The notes under the pieces: generated by a model | Seen by the model: only the letters and a program-made list of their open reading frames with translations | Told to the model about the DNA's origin: nothing | Databases searched by the model: none | Made by a program: the position numbers and the translations under genes | Assembly: GCA_964619725.1 (NCBI GenBank) | Contig: CAZUFC010000025.1 | Span: 10,385 to 74,384 of the forward strand | DNA: 64,000 nucleotides | Origin: an uncultured bacterium | Lineage (GTDB): Bacteria > CSSED10-310 > CAZUFC01 | Reading direction: 5' to 3' | Shown here: piece after piece, positions 40,501-53,546 of the stretch | How the letters are laid out: each line of letters opens with the position of its first letter | How positions within the stretch are numbered: the stretch's first letter is position 1

Positions 40501-43500
40501 ATTGCCGTTGAATGTATTTCCGTAAATCTTATCGAGATGACGAGCGCTGCAAACCAGCGGGTCGCTGTCGTTTTCAACAAAAGAGTTGTTGTTGACTGTC
40601 GGACTCGATTCCGTATCCTCAATATAAAGGCCGTGACTGCCGTTCAGACGCAGAGCGCTGTTCGATACGCCGGGCGTACCCGCTCCTGTAATGTAAACGC
40701 CGTATGTACCGTTGTGTTCGATTGTACATTGGTCTATCTGGGGAGAAGAGATATCGCTCTGAATGCCGTGAGTACCGTTATGATTGCAGTTGCAATGAGT
40801 GACCGCAGGATTAGCGTCAAGATAGCAGTAGAGACCGATGGAGCTGCTGTATCTGATTTCGGTGTAAGTTATTAAAGGAGAACTTGAATTGCAGTAAACC
40901 GATGTTCCCCAGCTATATCCCGCATCTTCGACTATGCAGTGAGTGAGTCTGGAAATGCCGTCCGCAGCCTGATCAGCGAAATAGAGACCGTACCAGAATC
41001 CAGGTGATGAGACGCCGCCTGTGTCGCCGGTGAAAACTATTTTATTGCCCGCAGTTCCGACTGCCTTGAGCGCACCTGTTTTCAAGGGATCGGCATCATC
41101 TCCCACATAAACCGCTAATTGAGGTCTCATCAGAACTTCGACTCCGGGTTCTACGCTGAGCGTCGTAACGTTATCGCTGCCGTCCCGGCCTTCAATGAAC
41201 AAGTGTCCCGTGAGGAGGTAGGGAATTCCCGGGTCTTCCCAACGAGCATCCTGGCTGATGGTATCGCCGTAAACATAGAACTGCTGATAAAAATTATTCT
41301 GATAGGAGTTGTTCTGGAATCCGTTTACGTGACGGGCATAAGCGACGACGGGATGATTGTCGTTGTCGTCGAAAAGGCAACCGGTGACTAACGGCATACA
41401 TGTCGTATCCTGGACCCAGACGCCGTGGTCATCGTTTTCGATGAAATCGCATCCGGTAATCTGAGGGCAGCAGGAATCCTTGAGAGTAAGTCCGCTGGGA
41501 TAATTATCGCTTATAAGACAAGAATCGATTACGGGCGAAGAATTCAATTCAAGATAGACCCCATAATTATCATTTGAGCTGAATTCACATAAAGTAACTT
41601 CAGGAGAAGCCCCATCGTAGCAGTAGAGTCCTATTCCCGAAGAGAACTTCGATATAACCCGGCTTAGGAAAGGCGCTTTATGATTGCAATAAATGTTTGT
41701 TCCCCAACTGTAACCTCCGGAATCAATATGACAGTGTTCGAGTCTGCAGGCAGGTTCGTGTGCGTAATAAGCAAAATAAAGTCCGTACCAATATCCGGGA
41801 TTCGGTTGTCCAGCATCCGAAGTGAAGCAAACAGGATCGTTTTCCGTTCCGACGGCATGCAACCCGCCGGGCAGCTCTTCGTCGGCATCATCGCCGATCA
41901 TGATGGTCGTATGAACTGACATCATCATCGTAACGCCGGGTTCAAGCGTCAGAGTCGCTGTATTATCGGCGCCGTCCTGGCCTGTGACGTACAGATGGCC
42001 CATGATCAAATAGGGAATACCGTCATTGACCCAGGTGGAGTCCTGGGAGAGAGTGTCGCCGGCGACGTATATCTGCTGATAGAGGTTATCCGTATAGGAA
42101 TTGCCGGTGAAATAGCGGATGTGTCTGGCTGCTGCGTCTATGGGATAACTGTCGTTGTCTATGAAGTCGCAACCGGTTATCGCAGGCGAGCAATCGACTG
42201 AGTTTACGGATAATCCGCCGGCTCCGTTTTCGATGAAAGAGCAACCGGAAAAGGACGGGGTGCACAGGTCCGTCATCCTGACGCCGCAGGAACCGTTGCC
42301 GGCAATAATGCTGCCTGATATCTGTCCTGAGCCTTCGTCGTCGAATTCCATGCCATAGGTTCCATTGTCCTGAAATTCACAATCGTCTATATCTGGAGCG
42401 GCCTCATCGTATACATACAAGCCGATGCCTGACGAATATCGGCAAACCGTGTTGGAAATTTCGGGAGAGCATGTGTCGAGATATATATTCGTCCCGTAAG
42501 AATAGCCCCCGTATTCGACTATGCAATGGTCCAGTAAAGAAGCGTCGGAGGCGTAGTTATCGAAATAAATTCCGAACCAGGCGCCGGGAGATTCAGAATC
42601 GGCCGTAAATTTAATCCGGCCTTCTCCCGTCTGACCGTCCGCGACCAGTTTGCCGGGATAAGAAGCGTTTGTCGCGTGACCGATGAACAACCCGATATTA
42701 TTGGCGAATCTGAGCTCCACACCCGGATCGACGGTGAGTGTCGTCATGTTGTCCCCTCCATGTCGTCCCTGAACATAAAGGTGTCCGGCGATATAGTAGG
42801 GTAATTCATTATCACTCCAGGTTCCGTCTAAAGAAATAGTATCTCCGCTGACATAAATGGCTTCATATCCTGAACGAATTTGAGTGAAAGAGCTTCCCGT
42901 GACGTTGGGAACTTCATGAGGGTGTTCGATGACCAGGGGCCATCCGTTAAGATATTGGAAATCGTTTCCGTTTAAAACGGGGAAACATGTGGATTCGATA
43001 TATACTCCAGATTCGCTGTCTGCGAAAAGGGTATTGGAAATTGTTGGTGATGAGTTCAGTTCACAATAGAGAGTATTGCTGCCGCAGTTCGCGATGATGC
43101 AGTTGTTGAATTCAGGAGCTGCGCCGTCGTAGCAGTAAATTCCATAGTTAGAGGCCATATCGATAACGCAGGAGGAAAAGGAGGGTGATGATGCTTCGCA
43201 GTAAATGTTGGCTGAGGTGTATGCGCCGGCGTATTCTATAGTGCAGTAATTCATGTAACCGTTGTCGTTGGCCGATGGCCGGAAATGGACTCCGGCGTAA
43301 TAGCCGACGGACTTGTCTTTTTCATCCGATGTGAAGAGTATGCCGTTGTTTGAATTTCCGGCGGCGTTCAGCCTGCCCATGTCATTAGCGCCGGAACCCC
43401 CGATGTAGAGTCTCTTACCCGATGCGAATTGCACTTTGACTCCGGCCTGGATGGTCAATGTCGCGTTATTTCTGACGGTAACGTCGTCGACAACCCAGTA

Positions 43501-46500
43501 AATGCCGCTGCAGGAAGGAGAGCTGAGTCCCCAGGTTGTATTGGAGGTTATTTCTCCGGAAACGCTGTATGGAGTGCATGTGAAATTTTGAGTAGGCGTT
43601 CGCGTGGGTGTGGGTGAGTGTGTGTATGTTCTGGTAGGAGTGAATGTGCGAGTGGGCGTATGCGTAGGCGAACAGGTTGCTGTGTTCGCTGCCGGAGGAG
43701 TAGGAGTTCGCGTGGGCGATAATGTCGGTGAGGAAGTGGCTGTCGGGCTTCTGGTCGGCGTCAGGGTCGGCGTGCGCGTAGCCGTATTCGCCGGCGCCTG
43801 GGTCGGCGTATAGTTGGCTGATGTCATCCAGTTGGAATAATCCACGTCCTCGCTGACGGGATCGCCGGCATTATTGTCGTGTGCTCCGTTCATGCAACCG
43901 TCTTCATCGTCTATATCGTCGTCAGGGCCGCCCCCGTGACCCCACCAGTTGTATCGCGCATTCACGCAGGTTGTGGAATCATGATTATATACTCCATATG
44001 TCGTCTGGTTGATGAAGCTGTTGGCGTTTTCAGGAGAACCTCCGATTACCGGTAATGAACCGGCGGCGACGTATACGCCGTATAATTGCGTATCAAAACG
44101 GCATTTGCGGATGACCGGATCGGTTCCTGTATGGTGACAATATATTCCGTCGCTGGTGTTGTTATGCATCCGGCACGAGAATATCGTCGGGTCAGCCCCT
44201 TGCAGACAGTGAATCCCGCTGCCGTAACAGTGGTGTATTTCACAATGGTCCAGAGTCGGCGCTGAAGCGCTGATGTATATGCCGCTCGCATCGCTGTATC
44301 CGGCATATTCAATCTCTGCGTTCTTCATTACGCAATAATCATCGTCGGCATAATCGTTGAAATATATGCCGTACCATTCTCCATTGGGACTCGGCGTATA
44401 ATCCTTGTTATAGGTAAATTCCACTTTATCGCTCACCGTTCCGTTGACCATCAGGCCGCCCTTGTTCAGGACGCTCGTCGAACCGATATCAAGATAGGTG
44501 TAGCGCTCCCACTGCATTATGACCCCGGGATCGATGGTCAATACCGCCGTATTCCCGTCCGTCCCCTTTACGATGACGTGACCGGACATCAGATACGGGA
44601 TGGTCTGTCGCGGCCATACTGTGCTCTCCGTCAACGTATCGCCGGATACTTCTATTTTCTGAATTGAGTTGCCGGAAAAAGCGTTATTGGATATCCCGGA
44701 CAAATGCCTGGCGTAACATCCGATGGGATAGTAACCGTTTGAATTGATCGAGTTTTTCGTTATCAGCGGATTCGTGTCGGTCGTATCGACGAAAATTCCA
44801 TATGAAAGATTTGAGTTTATCGTGCAGGAGTGAATCGAAGGGGATGAGCCCGACGAGACTTGAATGCCGCAATTACTGTTGTATCTTATTGTGTTGAAAG
44901 AGACACTCGGCGAGGAAACGGAACAACTGAGCCCGTTATATGAGTTATGATGAATATTGGAGTCCACCATTGTTGGGGCGGCGCCTGCTGTGCAGTATAT
45001 GCCGTCGCCGTTTCCATATCTGACTTCTGTGCCCTGGATAAGCGGAGAGCTGCCGTAACAGTATATCTGCGTGCCCCAGGAGTAACCGGCATATTCGATC
45101 GTGCACTGATCGAGTTTGCATAAGAAATCGTTCGAGTAGACGCCGAAATATATGCCGTACCAGAATCCCGGTCCGGGCGAGTCTGAATCTGCAGTAAAAA
45201 TGACTTTATCGCTGGATAGACCTTCGACGGACAGCGCCCCCGGAACGTCAGGATCGGTATCGCTTGCTATAGATATGTAGGTTTGAGGACTCATCAGCAG
45301 CGTGACGCCTTGTTTTAAGGTCAGCGTCGCCGTATCGTCCGGACCTGATTGTCCCTCGACAATGATGCTTCCAGTAATTTTATAGGGGATGCCGGGATCG
45401 ATCCATACGCTGTCCCTGTCAATCGTGTCGCCGTACACGTAAAATTCCTGTATGCCGTTATTCACGTAAGTATTGCCGGTGAATCCGCCGGCCTGCCCGG
45501 CATGCACCACCGCCGGATAATCGTCGTTGCCGTTAAAAGTGCAGCTCATTACTTCGGGCCGGCTCGACGCGTCCGAACAATGGATTCCATGGTAGTAGTT
45601 GTAGTTAAGCGAACAGGAAAAGATCAGGGGGGTTGAATCGGTCGATGCGATTACGCCGATATTGTCGTTGTAGGAAATATCAGAGGAGATAATGATCGGC
45701 GATGATTCATAATCCATGTTGATTCCTTCTGTCGCGTTGTATTTGAATGAGCAGGCTATGACGAAGGGATCGATGCTGCGGGTGAAATATACGCCGATTC
45801 CTGAAGACCAGCTTGACTCGGTGTATGTTATGACCGGAGCCGCGCTGTTGCAATAAATGTTCGTCCCCCAACTGTATCCGGCGTATTTCACTATGCAATG
45901 TGTCAGTTCGCAGAGGGAATCATCGGAATAGTCTGAAAAATAAATGCCGTACCAATAACCGGGACCTGGAGAGTCCGTGTCGGGAATGAAGCTGATTTTC
46001 TCAGCGCTGTTGCCGACCGCGCTTAAACCTCCCGGCAGATCAGGATCGGTATCGGAGCCGACTGAAATATAGGTGCGGTAGGCCATTTCCAGGGTCGTTC
46101 CCGGCATGAGCGTCAAAGTCGTCACGCCGTCCGGTCCGTCCTGCCCCATAACGTTTAATGAGCCGGTCATGTAATAAGGAACCGGTTCATCTTCCCACGT
46201 CGCATCACGGGTTATGGTGTCTTCCATCACATAAATGAATTGATACGCGTTCGAAGCATAGGAATTGCCTTTCATTTTATCGATTTGTCCTGCATAAGCG
46301 ACTAAAGGGTAATCATCGCTGTACCGGATAGTACAATCGTATACCGACGGCGAACAATCAGCGTCCTCGACATACACTCCGCAGTAGTTGCGGTCCAGAG
46401 TATTCGCCAGCAGCACGGGAGAGCTCTCATTTAATATGTAGACTCCGTATGATCCGTTGTCGGAGATCGTACTTCCGGATATGATCGGAGACGAGCCTGC

Positions 46501-47793
46501 TCCTATGTATGCCCCGTAGCTCGGATTGTCGGTCAATTCGCAATTCGTAACCGTCGGAGAGGAACCGGAGCTGCACTCCAGCCCGATAGCGTTTCCATAC
46601 CGTGAAATGACGTTGGCGATACTCGGGGATGAAGAGATAAGCGTTATATTTGAATATCCCGCATAACCCGCATATTCCAGGGTGCAGTATTCAAGGATGG
46701 AAGCATCGTCGGAATAATCGGAAAAATAGAGGCACATCCAGTTATAACCGGCGCTCCATTGAGTAAAGGTGATGCGCTGGGAACTCGTTCCCTGGGCTAT
46801 CAGGCGTCCCGGAAGATTGGGATTTGTATCTGAGCCGATGGTTATGCAGACAGTATAGTCCAGTTTTACCGTTACGCCTGGTTCAAGTCGCCAGGTCGTT
46901 ACGCCGTCAGGACCGTCCTGACCCATCACTTCAACATGATTCGAAATATAATAGGGAATGCCCTGTTCATCCCAGGCGGCATCCCTGTCGATAAGCCCTC
47001 CTGTAACATGAATGCCGTTATAATCCGCCGGAGTCGAAATAAAAGCATTGTCAAAGATGGAGCCGATTTTGTCCGCGGACGCATAAACAGGCCACCAGCC
47101 ATTTGAGCGAAAAGTACTGTTTTTGACGACTGGATAACAATCGGAGTCGATATAAATGCCGCCGCCGGCGTTGTTGCGAATTTCCGTTCCTGATACGACT
47201 GGCGATGAATGATCTTCAAGGTATATCCCCCAGTCGGCATTGTAATTTGAATGACAATTGATTATCTCTGGAAAGGCATAGCGATAACAATAAATTCCAT
47301 AACCCGATGAATGAATGAAATGGCATTCCGTGAAACTCGGCGATGAAGAATAACAATATACGCTGACTCCGTTCGAATACCCCGCATAGTCCACCGTGCA
47401 ATAATTCATAAAACTCGTATCATCCGCCGCATCCTCAAAAGTTATCCCGGGAAAATATCCCGGTGATACGGTTCCGTTCGGCCTGAAAGTTATCGGATTC
47501 GCCGATGTCCCCTGGGCTTTCAGTTTTCCCCTGTCTGATTCGGTCGAACCTCCGATGTAAAGACCATAACCATAATCATGACGTACGGTGACTCCTCCTT
47601 CAATGGTTAATGTCGCTCCATCCCTTACCGTAACGTGGTCCGTCAGAATATACACGCCCTGAGGGTCTGGAGAAGTCCTGCCCCAGGTCGTATCAACGGT
47701 TATTTCGCCCCAGACGTCCGTCGCTGCATTTGCTGAAGCGGCCCAGACCGAACCGAACAGAAACATTAAAAAAATCGCCTTTTTAACGTTCAT
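37513..47793 (-). CDS. Giant (3426 aa) secreted right-handed beta-helix repeat protein with P/T linkers and dockerin-like and cohesin-like C-terminal domains
   Basis: ATG 47793 after GAGGAGG, signal peptide [23 protein letters not shown]. Many NxxxGIY...SSP repeats; two units of about 1300 aa; [14 protein letters not shown]...[13 protein letters not shown]; cohesin-like tail. Confidence 0.88.
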   Translation of the reverse strand: MNVKKAIFLMFLFGSVWAASANAATDVWGEITVDTTWGRTSPDPQGVYILTDHVTVRDGATLTIEGGVTVRHDYGYGLYIGGSTESDRGKLKAQGTSANPITFRPNGTVSPGYFPGITFEDAADDTSFMNYCTVDYAGYSNGVSVYCYSSSPSFTECHFIHSSGYGIYCYRYAFPEIINCHSNYNADWGIYLEDHSSPVVSGTEIRNNAGGGIYIDSDCYPVVKNSTFRSNGWWPVYASADKIGSIFDNAFISTPADYNGIHVTGGLIDRDAAWDEQGIPYYISNHVEVMGQDGPDGVTTWRLEPGVTVKLDYTVCITIGSDTNPNLPGRLIAQGTSSQRITFTQWSAGYNWMCLYFSDYSDDASILEYCTLEYAGYAGYSNITLISSSPSIANVISRYGNAIGLECSSGSSPTVTNCELTDNPSYGAYIGAGSSPIISGSTISDNGSYGVYILNESSPVLLANTLDRNYCGVYVEDADCSPSVYDCTIRYSDDYPLVAYAGQIDKMKGNSYASNAYQFIYVMEDTITRDATWEDEPVPYYMTGSLNVMGQDGPDGVTTLTLMPGTTLEMAYRTYISVGSDTDPDLPGGLSAVGNSAEKISFIPDTDSPGPGYWYGIYFSDYSDDSLCELTHCIVKYAGYSWGTNIYCNSAAPVITYTESSWSSGIGVYFTRSIDPFVIACSFKYNATEGINMDYESSPIIISSDISYNDNIGVIASTDSTPLIFSCSLNYNYYHGIHCSDASSRPEVMSCTFNGNDDYPAVVHAGQAGGFTGNTYVNNGIQEFYVYGDTIDRDSVWIDPGIPYKITGSIIVEGQSGPDDTATLTLKQGVTLLMSPQTYISIASDTDPDVPGALSVEGLSSDKVIFTADSDSPGPGFWYGIYFGVYSNDFLCKLDQCTIEYAGYSWGTQIYCYGSSPLIQGTEVRYGNGDGIYCTAGAAPTMVDSNIHHNSYNGLSCSVSSPSVSFNTIRYNSNCGIQVSSGSSPSIHSCTINSNLSYGIFVDTTDTNPLITKNSINSNGYYPIGCYARHLSGISNNAFSGNSIQKIEVSGDTLTESTVWPRQTIPYLMSGHVIVKGTDGNTAVLTIDPGVIMQWERYTYLDIGSTSVLNKGGLMVNGTVSDKVEFTYNKDYTPSPNGEWYGIYFNDYADDDYCVMKNAEIEYAGYSDASGIYISASAPTLDHCEIHHCYGSGIHCLQGADPTIFSCRMHNNTSDGIYCHHTGTDPVIRKCRFDTQLYGVYVAAGSLPVIGGSPENANSFINQTTYGVYNHDSTTCVNARYNWWGHGGGPDDDIDDEDGCMNGAHDNNAGDPVSEDVDYSNWMTSANYTPTQAPANTATRTPTLTPTRSPTATSSPTLSPTRTPTPPAANTATCSPTHTPTRTFTPTRTYTHSPTPTRTPTQNFTCTPYSVSGEITSNTTWGLSSPSCSGIYWVVDDVTVRNNATLTIQAGVKVQFASGKRLYIGGSGANDMGRLNAAGNSNNGILFTSDEKDKSVGYYAGVHFRPSANDNGYMNYCTIEYAGAYTSANIYCEASSPSFSSCVIDMASNYGIYCYDGAAPEFNNCIIANCGSNTLYCELNSSPTISNTLFADSESGVYIESTCFPVLNGNDFQYLNGWPLVIEHPHEVPNVTGSSFTQIRSGYEAIYVSGDTISLDGTWSDNELPYYIAGHLYVQGRHGGDNMTTLTVDPGVELRFANNIGLFIGHATNASYPGKLVADGQTGEGRIKFTADSESPGAWFGIYFDNYASDASLLDHCIVEYGGYSYGTNIYLDTCSPEISNTVCRYSSGIGLYVYDEAAPDIDDCEFQDNGTYGMEFDDEGSGQISGSIIAGNGSCGVRMTDLCTPSFSGCSFIENGAGGLSVNSVDCSPAITGCDFIDNDSYPIDAAARHIRYFTGNSYTDNLYQQIYVAGDTLSQDSTWVNDGIPYLIMGHLYVTGQDGADNTATLTLEPGVTMMMSVHTTIMIGDDADEELPGGLHAVGTENDPVCFTSDAGQPNPGYWYGLYFAYYAHEPACRLEHCHIDSGGYSWGTNIYCNHKAPFLSRVISKFSSGIGLYCYDGASPEVTLCEFSSNDNYGVYLELNSSPVIDSCLISDNYPSGLTLKDSCCPQITGCDFIENDDHGVWVQDTTCMPLVTGCLFDDNDNHPVVAYARHVNGFQNNSYQNNFYQQFYVYGDTISQDARWEDPGIPYLLTGHLFIEGRDGSDNVTTLSVEPGVEVLMRPQLAVYVGDDADPLKTGALKAVGTAGNKIVFTGDTGGVSSPGFWYGLYFADQAADGISRLTHCIVEDAGYSWGTSVYCNSSSPLITYTEIRYSSSIGLYCYLDANPAVTHCNCNHNGTHGIQSDISSPQIDQCTIEHNGTYGVYITGAGTPGVSNSALRLNGSHGLYIEDTESSPTVNNNSFVENDSDPLVCSARHLDKIYGNTFNGNKYQRIYVYGDTLNNHCTWHYHSIPYLIVGHVLVRGTAKATSILNVEPGVEAQWQRYTQLEIGGPTSSEQGGLMINGSPAHKVTFTYNHDYYPPSESGEWYGIYFNDSASDANCVIRNLVMEYAGYHAAIYSSITCDAASPAIRHTEIKNGNGIGIQCLNGSSPSIYSCHIHDNTYAGIYCYGAGSNPAVRACVIENQPRGVMAENGSLPVIGGSASNGNNIEGNDIYGAINTDSATCINARYNWWGDGAGPDDDVDETDDCVNSMNDNDPGDDVSEDVNYTNWLTGPIATPTQEPASSPTATFTITPTPAPSSTPTRTPTRTLSPTPTVTRTPTRSPTRTLSPTATVTRTPTRSPTVTLSPTLTVTKTPTRSPTPTHSPTSTPSPTPLPTEVWVDDDWAGSQPGDIVDGHVFGFDAFDNIQDGVDVTSPGSIVHIHAGTYPETVEFDALFYKDGLTLSGEIEYPPVITGGILFQNVNAISGLTLEYLVVKGDAGGQALVAMNNSGAIYDLTIDHCTFDGQNTENRNGIPGNKLGQNFSVLNSEFKNILGPVVLDMDVSAPGLEGENELPLVSVSFLSNYIHHCNGSTAIRGNHSYPTEMVEVSDNTWSHIGGNQGYPGNHQAGLELNHAVAVDIQDNLFTYVASGESLQAQALRLWDIVNLTCMCNDFTDNARGIFIFGGGGACGGPYGVPGGYAAYNNIQNNSEYGLLVDDNASDAAFRADFNYWGAPDGPSGWGIGSGDEVWGNVLYEPWLSVPEGEPCPSSCRNDGDVDNNGQISPSDGLMSFAIYLEYIPYPTYEEVCSADCNGYDQVTPADAQCILENYVHLDCSCVDPVQTFKSSYGMTDHATRSSADGMGSVEISDSWGCTDDVIECFITLNSAGQSVYSIGLDLQFDRDKLELMKCRKGADLQHFCFFEYNELTPGNLRIGAFNLEPVNPTHANQNIAVLQFKVIQNREDTRSKSRLVLTNLVDDIAFFKTGNGAFTFHCADITGTE

Positions 47794-48203
47794 AAAATTC
47801 CTCCTCATAAGCGTCGCGCCGGATGACACGTTTTTTTCTGAATCATGATCGTCATCAAGCTTTCGATATTATGTAAACATTTTATGCCCTGTCTGATTCA
47901 AAAGCAAGTCTTTTTAGCCGATTAGCGAAAAAAACGCGACGAGGGCTTCGATGCCTTAAAAAGGTTTTTCAATCGTTGTGCTTGCTTTAAGACGCCTTCT
48001 TTTGATAGTGTTTTATATGATGTTCCTGATCGTAACGCCGGCGAAACGGGAGTGAATCCGTGATCCCGGCAGATGTCTAAACGGCTGATGTTTCAGGACT
48101 GTTAAGGAGCATTTTATTTCGACGGTTAAGCCATATTAAGAGGACTGCTTATTGAAGCGCGCAGGGCGCATAATGGAATAAACGCCCTGGAAAGGAGAGC
48201 AAA

Positions 48204-48929
48204 ATGAGCGACAAAGAAGCGGTAGGCTGCGCCCGGCCCACGGGAGGACCTGTAGGCGAGTCGAATGAAGACTCGAAGAAACGGGAAAGCCCGGTCGCTG
48301 AGTCAAAGGAGGTAAAAACTATGATAAAAGTAGGCAAGAAGGCGCCTGATTTTACGTCACCCGCCTATCACAAAGGCGAGTTTACTTCAGTAAAATTATC
48401 GGATTTTTTAGGAAAGTGGGTTTTGTTGTGTTTCTATCCGGGTGATTTCACATTTGTCTGAGCGACGGAAGTCTCGGCGGTCGCCGAGAAATTCCCGGAA
48501 TTGCAGCGGTTGGGAGTTGAAGTGCTTTCGATGAGCGTGGATAGTGTTTTCGTTCATAAGATGTGGAACGACAACGAGCTGTCCAAGATGGTGGAAGGCG
48601 GCATTCCTTTCCCGATGTTGTCCGACGCAGGGGGAAAAGTGGGAACGGTTTACGGCATTTATGACGAAGATGCCGGCGTGGAAACGCGTGGCAGATTCAT
48701 CATAGACCCTGACGGCGTAGTACAAGGGTTTGAAGTATTGACTCCGCCGGTGGGAAGGAACGTTTCCGAAACGCTGCGGCAGGTCCAGGCGTTTCAGAAA
48801 GTCAGGGAAAGCAAAGGCTCAGAAGCTACTCCATCCGGCTGGCGGCCTGGAAAGATGACCTTGAAACCGGGTCCTGAGCTTGTCGGCAATGTATGGAAAG
48901 TCTGGAAAACGGAGATGGCGTCCGATTAG
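48204..48929 (+). CDS. prxU: Selenocysteine-containing peroxiredoxin (AhpC/PrxU type)
   Basis: ORFs 48204-48461 and 48501-48929 are in one frame. TGA 48459-48461 falls at the peroxidatic position, [23 protein letters not shown] and VGRN motifs follow. An alternative start exists at 48321. Confidence 0.92.
48472..48489 (+). other. Putative bacterial SECIS hairpin of prxU
   Basis: TCTCGGC-ggtc-GCCGAGA perfect stem 10 nt after the TGA. Confidence 0.75.
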
Positions 48930-48972
48930 CATGCAAAAGGTTTAACCGTTTGAAGACGGCTGGAAGAATACG

Positions 48973-49014
48973 CCGGCGCATAATTTATAATGATTATGCG
49001 CCGGTGTTTTTTTT
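48973..49014 (+). terminator. Intrinsic terminator of prxU
   Basis: CCGGCGCATAAT/ATTATGCGCCGG stem followed by a T tract. Confidence 0.85.
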
Positions 49015-49207
49015 CAGCGGATATTCATGTTGCCGGCAGAGGACAGTCGAATCGCCTTTGATTATGACTTCGCTTCTTTTCAGTCAGGTAGTTTTTTCAT
49101 GTCTACATTGTCTTTTGCCGGGTCGCCTGACCGCCCTTGCTTGGCGCCGTCAGCACAAGCCGTCAGCGTATCGCCCAAAGAACTGAAGATTTGAACGCCA
49201 AAGGATA

Positions 49208-49564
49208 TCAGGGAGAGGAACGATCCTTCAAGTAATTCAATTCATAAAGCCGGTCGGTTTCTTTTACTTTCAAAATGAGGAAATAGATAAGGACGATGAG
49301 ACAAATCCACATCCAGCCGAGGAATACAGGCACTCCGATTTTTTCTCTTATGTCAGTCGGCCCTGCTTCAATTTCTTCAGCCGTTTGTTCCGCTTGCGCA
49401 TCGGTCTTTTTTTGCGGTTCTTGTTGAATCAGGGCTTTGGATGCGGCATCGAGAATTTCTTTTTCCTGGTGTATCTTTTGAGCGAGTCCCTTTACTGGTG
49501 TGAATAATAGAAAAAGAAGGCATGCGAATGAAATTGTGTGGAGGATGTATTTTCCTTTTTTCAT
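49208..49564 (-). CDS. Small membrane protein (signal/TM plus C-terminal TM), last gene of the Sdh-Rieske-cytb operon
   Basis: ATGA overlap with the cytochrome b stop; two hydrophobic segments; no CxxCH. Confidence 0.7.
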   Translation of the reverse strand: MKKGKYILHTISFACLLFLLFTPVKGLAQKIHQEKEILDAASKALIQQEPQKKTDAQAEQTAEEIEAGPTDIREKIGVPVFLGWMWICLIVLIYFLILKVKETDRLYELNYLKDRSSP

Positions 49565-50652
49565 AGGAGACTCCACAGGGTCATGACGAAGGCGTATGCC
49601 AGAAAAGCATAGGCGCTGTATGTTATGATGCGGCCTTTTTTGCCCATTGGGTCGCTATCGATGACGGGGAGCAGAAAAAAGAGGAATCCGCCCAGGAGGA
49701 TAAGCATTATTGAGACGGTTTCTCCGGAAACGATGAGCATATCGGCGGGGAAGAGTTTCAAGGTTTGGAATATAAAAAGGAAATACCATTCCGGTTTGAT
49801 GCCTTCGGGCGCCGGCGCCATTAAATCGGCCTGTTTGCCGAGTGAGGGCGGTAAAATTACGGCCAGTGTGATCAGTATACCGAAGAGCGCAGCCCATACT
49901 GCGGCTTCCCGGTAAATGAAATTGGGCCAGAAGGGCAGTGTTTTGACTTTCTTTTTTTCATGTTCGGCATCCAGGGGATAACTTATACCATGCCGCTGGA
50001 TCAAAAAAAGGTGCAGACCGATGACTGCCAGTATAGCGAGTGGAATCATCGATACATGAGCGCCGAAAAAGCGGCTGAGAGTATCCCCGGTAACGTCGTC
50101 ACCGCCTCTCAGCAGTTGCGTGATCCAGGTTCCTACCACGGGAATGCTCCGGGGAAAATCCGTACCGACCTTCGTCGCAGCCAGCGATAACGTATCCCAG
50201 GGAAGAAGATATCCTGTGAAACCGAATGAAAGCGAAAGAACAAGCAAGGCGACTCCCGTCATCCAGGTCGGTTCTCTTGGTTTTCGGTAAGCTTTTGTGA
50301 TCCAGATGCCCATCATGTGAAGAACAACAAAAATTACCATGAAAGAAGCGCCCCAGTGATGAACGGAACGTATGATCCATCCCAGGGGTAATTCCGTCAT
50401 GATCCTGGCCACGCTTTCATTCGCCTGTTCAAGAGTCGGCTTGTAATAACACATCAGCATGAAACCTGTGACGACCTGGATACCGAAAAACAGCAGGATC
50501 AGGCTGCCCGTATAATATAAAATTGTGTGCCTGGTCTGAGGTATCTCCTTGTTTCTTAAAAAAGTTAATATGTCGAATATTCCGAGACGTTCATCAAGCT
50601 CTTTTACGATTTTGTCCATCAAGTTCTTAATGTTCGTCATATTCCTCATCAT
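49561..50652 (-). CDS. Cytochrome b (b6-type His spacing fused to a subunit IV-like part)
   Basis: RSVHHWGA...LHM, TGYLLPW, H-x14-H in helix D, KPEWYF. Confidence 0.92.
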   Translation of the reverse strand: MMRNMTNIKNLMDKIVKELDERLGIFDILTFLRNKEIPQTRHTILYYTGSLILLFFGIQVVTGFMLMCYYKPTLEQANESVARIMTELPLGWIIRSVHHWGASFMVIFVVLHMMGIWITKAYRKPREPTWMTGVALLVLSLSFGFTGYLLPWDTLSLAATKVGTDFPRSIPVVGTWITQLLRGGDDVTGDTLSRFFGAHVSMIPLAILAVIGLHLFLIQRHGISYPLDAEHEKKKVKTLPFWPNFIYREAAVWAALFGILITLAVILPPSLGKQADLMAPAPEGIKPEWYFLFIFQTLKLFPADMLIVSGETVSIMLILLGGFLFFLLPVIDSDPMGKKGRIITYSAYAFLAYAFVMTLWSLL

Positions 50653-51119
50653 TATGCCGTTCCGTCTTCTTCCTCTCTCTCTTCTCTCCTTATGATGAGA
50701 TTCTCACCTTCTATGTAGATGAATAGGGTGCGGAGAGGTTTGGGCGGAGGACCTTTAATATTGATTCCGTTTTCATCGTACCAGCCGTCGTGGCAGGCGC
50801 AGAAAAATTTTCGTTTATCCGGCAGGTATTTGACGTTGCAGTCAAGATGAGTGCATACGGCTACGAAAGCGGTTAAAGAGCCGTCGTCGTTTCTTTTCAA
50901 CAGTCCGGGCTTGGCCCCCCAGGGGAAAACTTTCGTCGAATTGACAGGTATCTCTTTGTAATCCGCAAAAGGCAGAATGACTTCTTCCGGTTCCCGGTAA
51001 GGAGGAAAAACGAAGCGGGCAACGGGATAAGTCAGGAATCCCAGGAGCGCGGCCAGCCATCCGCCCAGCATACTGTTTAAAAATTCTCTTCTCGAAAACA
51101 GTGAAGATTTTAATTTCAT
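50652..51119 (-). CDS. Rieske Fe-S protein with Tat anchor
   Basis: SRREFL, CTHLDC, CACHDG, GPPPKPL. Confidence 0.93.
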   Translation of the reverse strand: MKLKSSLFSRREFLNSMLGGWLAALLGFLTYPVARFVFPPYREPEEVILPFADYKEIPVNSTKVFPWGAKPGLLKRNDDGSLTAFVAVCTHLDCNVKYLPDKRKFFCACHDGWYDENGINIKGPPPKPLRTLFIYIEGENLIIRREEREEEDGTA

Positions 51120-51841
51120 CGTTTCAGCCTGAAAATTCTTTTAAATTTCTCAAAAACAAGTTTTCTTCTCAGCGCTTCAATGCCGTCCGCAGGCCTTACC
51201 TCTTTGGGACAGACCTCGTTGCACCGAAAAATAGTGTCGCAACCCCAGGCCGCATTTTCCGTGTTGACTTCGAATAGCTCTTCATAAGACCTTTTATCGC
51301 GAGGGTCTGCGACAAGACGGTAGAGTTTCGCCAGGGCCGCCGGTCCGTAATAACTTTGATCTCTCGAAACCACGGGACATGCCGCATAACAGCAGCCGCA
51401 CATAATGCAGGTGATGTACTGCTGGATTTTTTCCATTTCGCTCTCTTCAATACGGTAACCATCACCTGCCGGATGCTCGTTGGAATGAACATAGGGCCTG
51501 ATCTTGTCCAGCGCTTCCCAGAACGGCTGCATATCCACTATCAGGTCCTTCAGTATCTCGAAATTGGGCATGGGTTCTATGACGACGAGTTTTGAGCCGA
51601 GCGACTCCAGGAGGGTACGGCAGGCCAACACTATTTCTCCGTTGACCACCATGCCGCAGGAACCGCAGACAGCCTCACGGCAACTGTACCTGAATGCCAG
51701 CCCCTCATCCTGTTCGTTGCGTATCTCCATCAAGGCGTCCAGAATAGCATTTTTTTCATTCGTTTCGACAGTATAGTCCTGAAAATAGGGCATTTCATCC
51801 TGTTCAGGGTTGTATCTGAGAATCCGGAAAAGATACTCCAT
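51116..51841 (-). CDS. sdhB: Succinate dehydrogenase/fumarate reductase Fe-S subunit
   Basis: ATG 51841. SCREAVCGSC, LAC, CIMCGCCYAACP, CDTIFRCNEVCP. Confidence 0.93.
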   Translation of the reverse strand: MEYLFRILRYNPEQDEMPYFQDYTVETNEKNAILDALMEIRNEQDEGLAFRYSCREAVCGSCGMVVNGEIVLACRTLLESLGSKLVVIEPMPNFEILKDLIVDMQPFWEALDKIRPYVHSNEHPAGDGYRIEESEMEKIQQYITCIMCGCCYAACPVVSRDQSYYGPAALAKLYRLVADPRDKRSYEELFEVNTENAAWGCDTIFRCNEVCPKEVRPADGIEALRRKLVFEKFKRIFRLKR

Positions 51842-51842
51842 A

Positions 51843-53546
51843 TCAGTAACTTCGCTCTGCAGGTTTATGTTTTTCGATATTGACCTCTTTATAGCTGATC
51901 TTAACATCGCCGGTATCCAGGCGGGTTATCAGCGTGTGCTTCAGCCATTCCTCATCATTGCGCTTTGGAAATTCCAGACGATAATGAGAACCCCGGGTCT
52001 CTTCACGGTTAATCGCTCCCCTGACGATCACATCGGCCAGATGAAGCATGGACTCAAATTCGATGAAGTTCACAAGCGCCTGACAATATCGCAACGTATC
52101 GCTGTTGATGAAAACGTTTTCGGCCCTTTCCTGAAGCTCGTGGATTTTTTGTAAAGCCCCGGAAAGTTCGCTTTTCTTTCTGAATATTCCGGCCTTGTCC
52201 ATCATGGTGTCTTTCAATTCAGCCATCAGATGATGTATTTTTTCTCCGGAATGCCGGTTCTTCAGTCGCTGGAGTTTACGTTCAAGCTCTTCAGCGGCTG
52301 AATTTATGTGCTTTTCGTCGTGTGAGCGGCTTTCGCGACCTTTGAAAAATTGAGTGGCCTGTTCACCGGCGATTTTACCGAAAACCACGGTTTCCAGAAG
52401 CGAGTTGCCTCCGAGCCGGTTGGCGCCGTGAACGCTGACGCAGGCGCACTCGCCTGCAGCGTACAGGCCATCCGCTTCAGCGGCGCGGCAGTTGCCGTCT
52501 ACGTCGATGCCCCCCATGGAATAGTGTTGGGCCGGTTGAACGGGAATGGGCGTTTCTATGGGGTCGAGTCCGCCGAATTTCATGCAAATTTCCCTGATGC
52601 TGGGGAGACGTTTTTTGATTTTTTCAGCGCCCAGGTGTCTCAGGTCAAGGTGAACGCAGCATTCGTCAAAACCGTTCCCCTGGTCGATCTCCGTCTGGAT
52701 CGCCCGGGACACAACGTCCCGTGATGCCAGCTCCATCGCATTGGGGGCATAATTCCGCATGAAACGCTCGCCTTTGTTATTGAGCAGGTATCCCCCTTCG
52801 CCGCGGGCTCCTTCCGTAATAAGAATATTCTTGCCCACCAGGGATGTGGGATGGAATTGGACGAATTCCATATCTTTCAGAGGTAATCCGGACCTGTATG
52901 CGATCGATATTCCGCTGCCGTGATTGATGAAAGCGTTCGTCGTTTTTTTATACACCCGGCCGTACCCGCCTGTGGCGAAAATTATCGTATCAGCCTGAAT
53001 GGGTACAATCTCGCCCGACGACAGATCAATCGCCAGTATCCCGATTACTCGCTCGCCCTGACGTATTAAACGGGTCATTAAAAATTCTTCGTAAAATTTT
53101 ATGCCCCTTCGAATCAGATGATCGAAAAGCGTATGAAGGATAACATGTCCGGTACGGTCAGCAGCATAACACGTTCGCGGGAAACCCGCTCCGCCGAAAG
53201 GTCGCTGAGCGATAACGCCGCCGGGAAAACGGCTGAAAGGCACACCCAGAAATTCCAAATCGTAAATCGCAGGTACAGCCTCGCGACACATCAGTTCTAC
53301 TGAATCCTGGTCCGCCAGATAATCGCTGCCTTTGATCGTGTCAAAAGCATGCCTTTCGGTACTGTCCTCTTTTCCTTCCGGATTGTTGCCCAATGCCGCA
53401 TTTATCCCGCCCTGGGCAGCTATGGAATGAGACCTGAGCGGGTGAACCTTTGAAACCACGGCGACAGATATGTCCCGGTCACTTGCCAGGGCCGCCGCCA
53501 GACCCGTCAGTCCACCCCCCACTATCAGGATGTCATGACTGATCAT
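51843..53546 (-). CDS. sdhA: Succinate dehydrogenase flavoprotein (covalent-FAD His present)
   Basis: [47 protein letters not shown]. Confidence 0.95.
   Translation of the reverse strand: MISHDILIVGGGLTGLAAALASDRDISVAVVSKVHPLRSHSIAAQGGINAALGNNPEGKEDSTERHAFDTIKGSDYLADQDSVELMCREAVPAIYDLEFLGVPFSRFPGGVIAQRPFGGAGFPRTCYAADRTGHVILHTLFDHLIRRGIKFYEEFLMTRLIRQGERVIGILAIDLSSGEIVPIQADTIIFATGGYGRVYKKTTNAFINHGSGISIAYRSGLPLKDMEFVQFHPTSLVGKNILITEGARGEGGYLLNNKGERFMRNYAPNAMELASRDVVSRAIQTEIDQGNGFDECCVHLDLRHLGAEKIKKRLPSIREICMKFGGLDPIETPIPVQPAQHYSMGGIDVDGNCRAAEADGLYAAGECACVSVHGANRLGGNSLLETVVFGKIAGEQATQFFKGRESRSHDEKHINSAAEELERKLQRLKNRHSGEKIHHLMAELKDTMMDKAGIFRKKSELSGALQKIHELQERAENVFINSDTLRYCQALVNFIEFESMLHLADVIVRGAINREETRGSHYRLEFPKRNDEEWLKHTLITRLDTGDVKISYKEVNIEKHKPAERSY

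Noticed and set aside
39392-43813. Val/Gly-repeat plus-strand ORFs (39392-39664, 43604-43813)
   Set aside because: Antisense reading of the (TP)n linkers of the giant protein.
48020-48100. Riboswitch (c-di-GMP-I or fluoride-like) upstream of prxU
   Set aside because: Only fragmentary resemblance (GGCGAAAC, GCTGATG); the conserved cores cannot be matched by eye.
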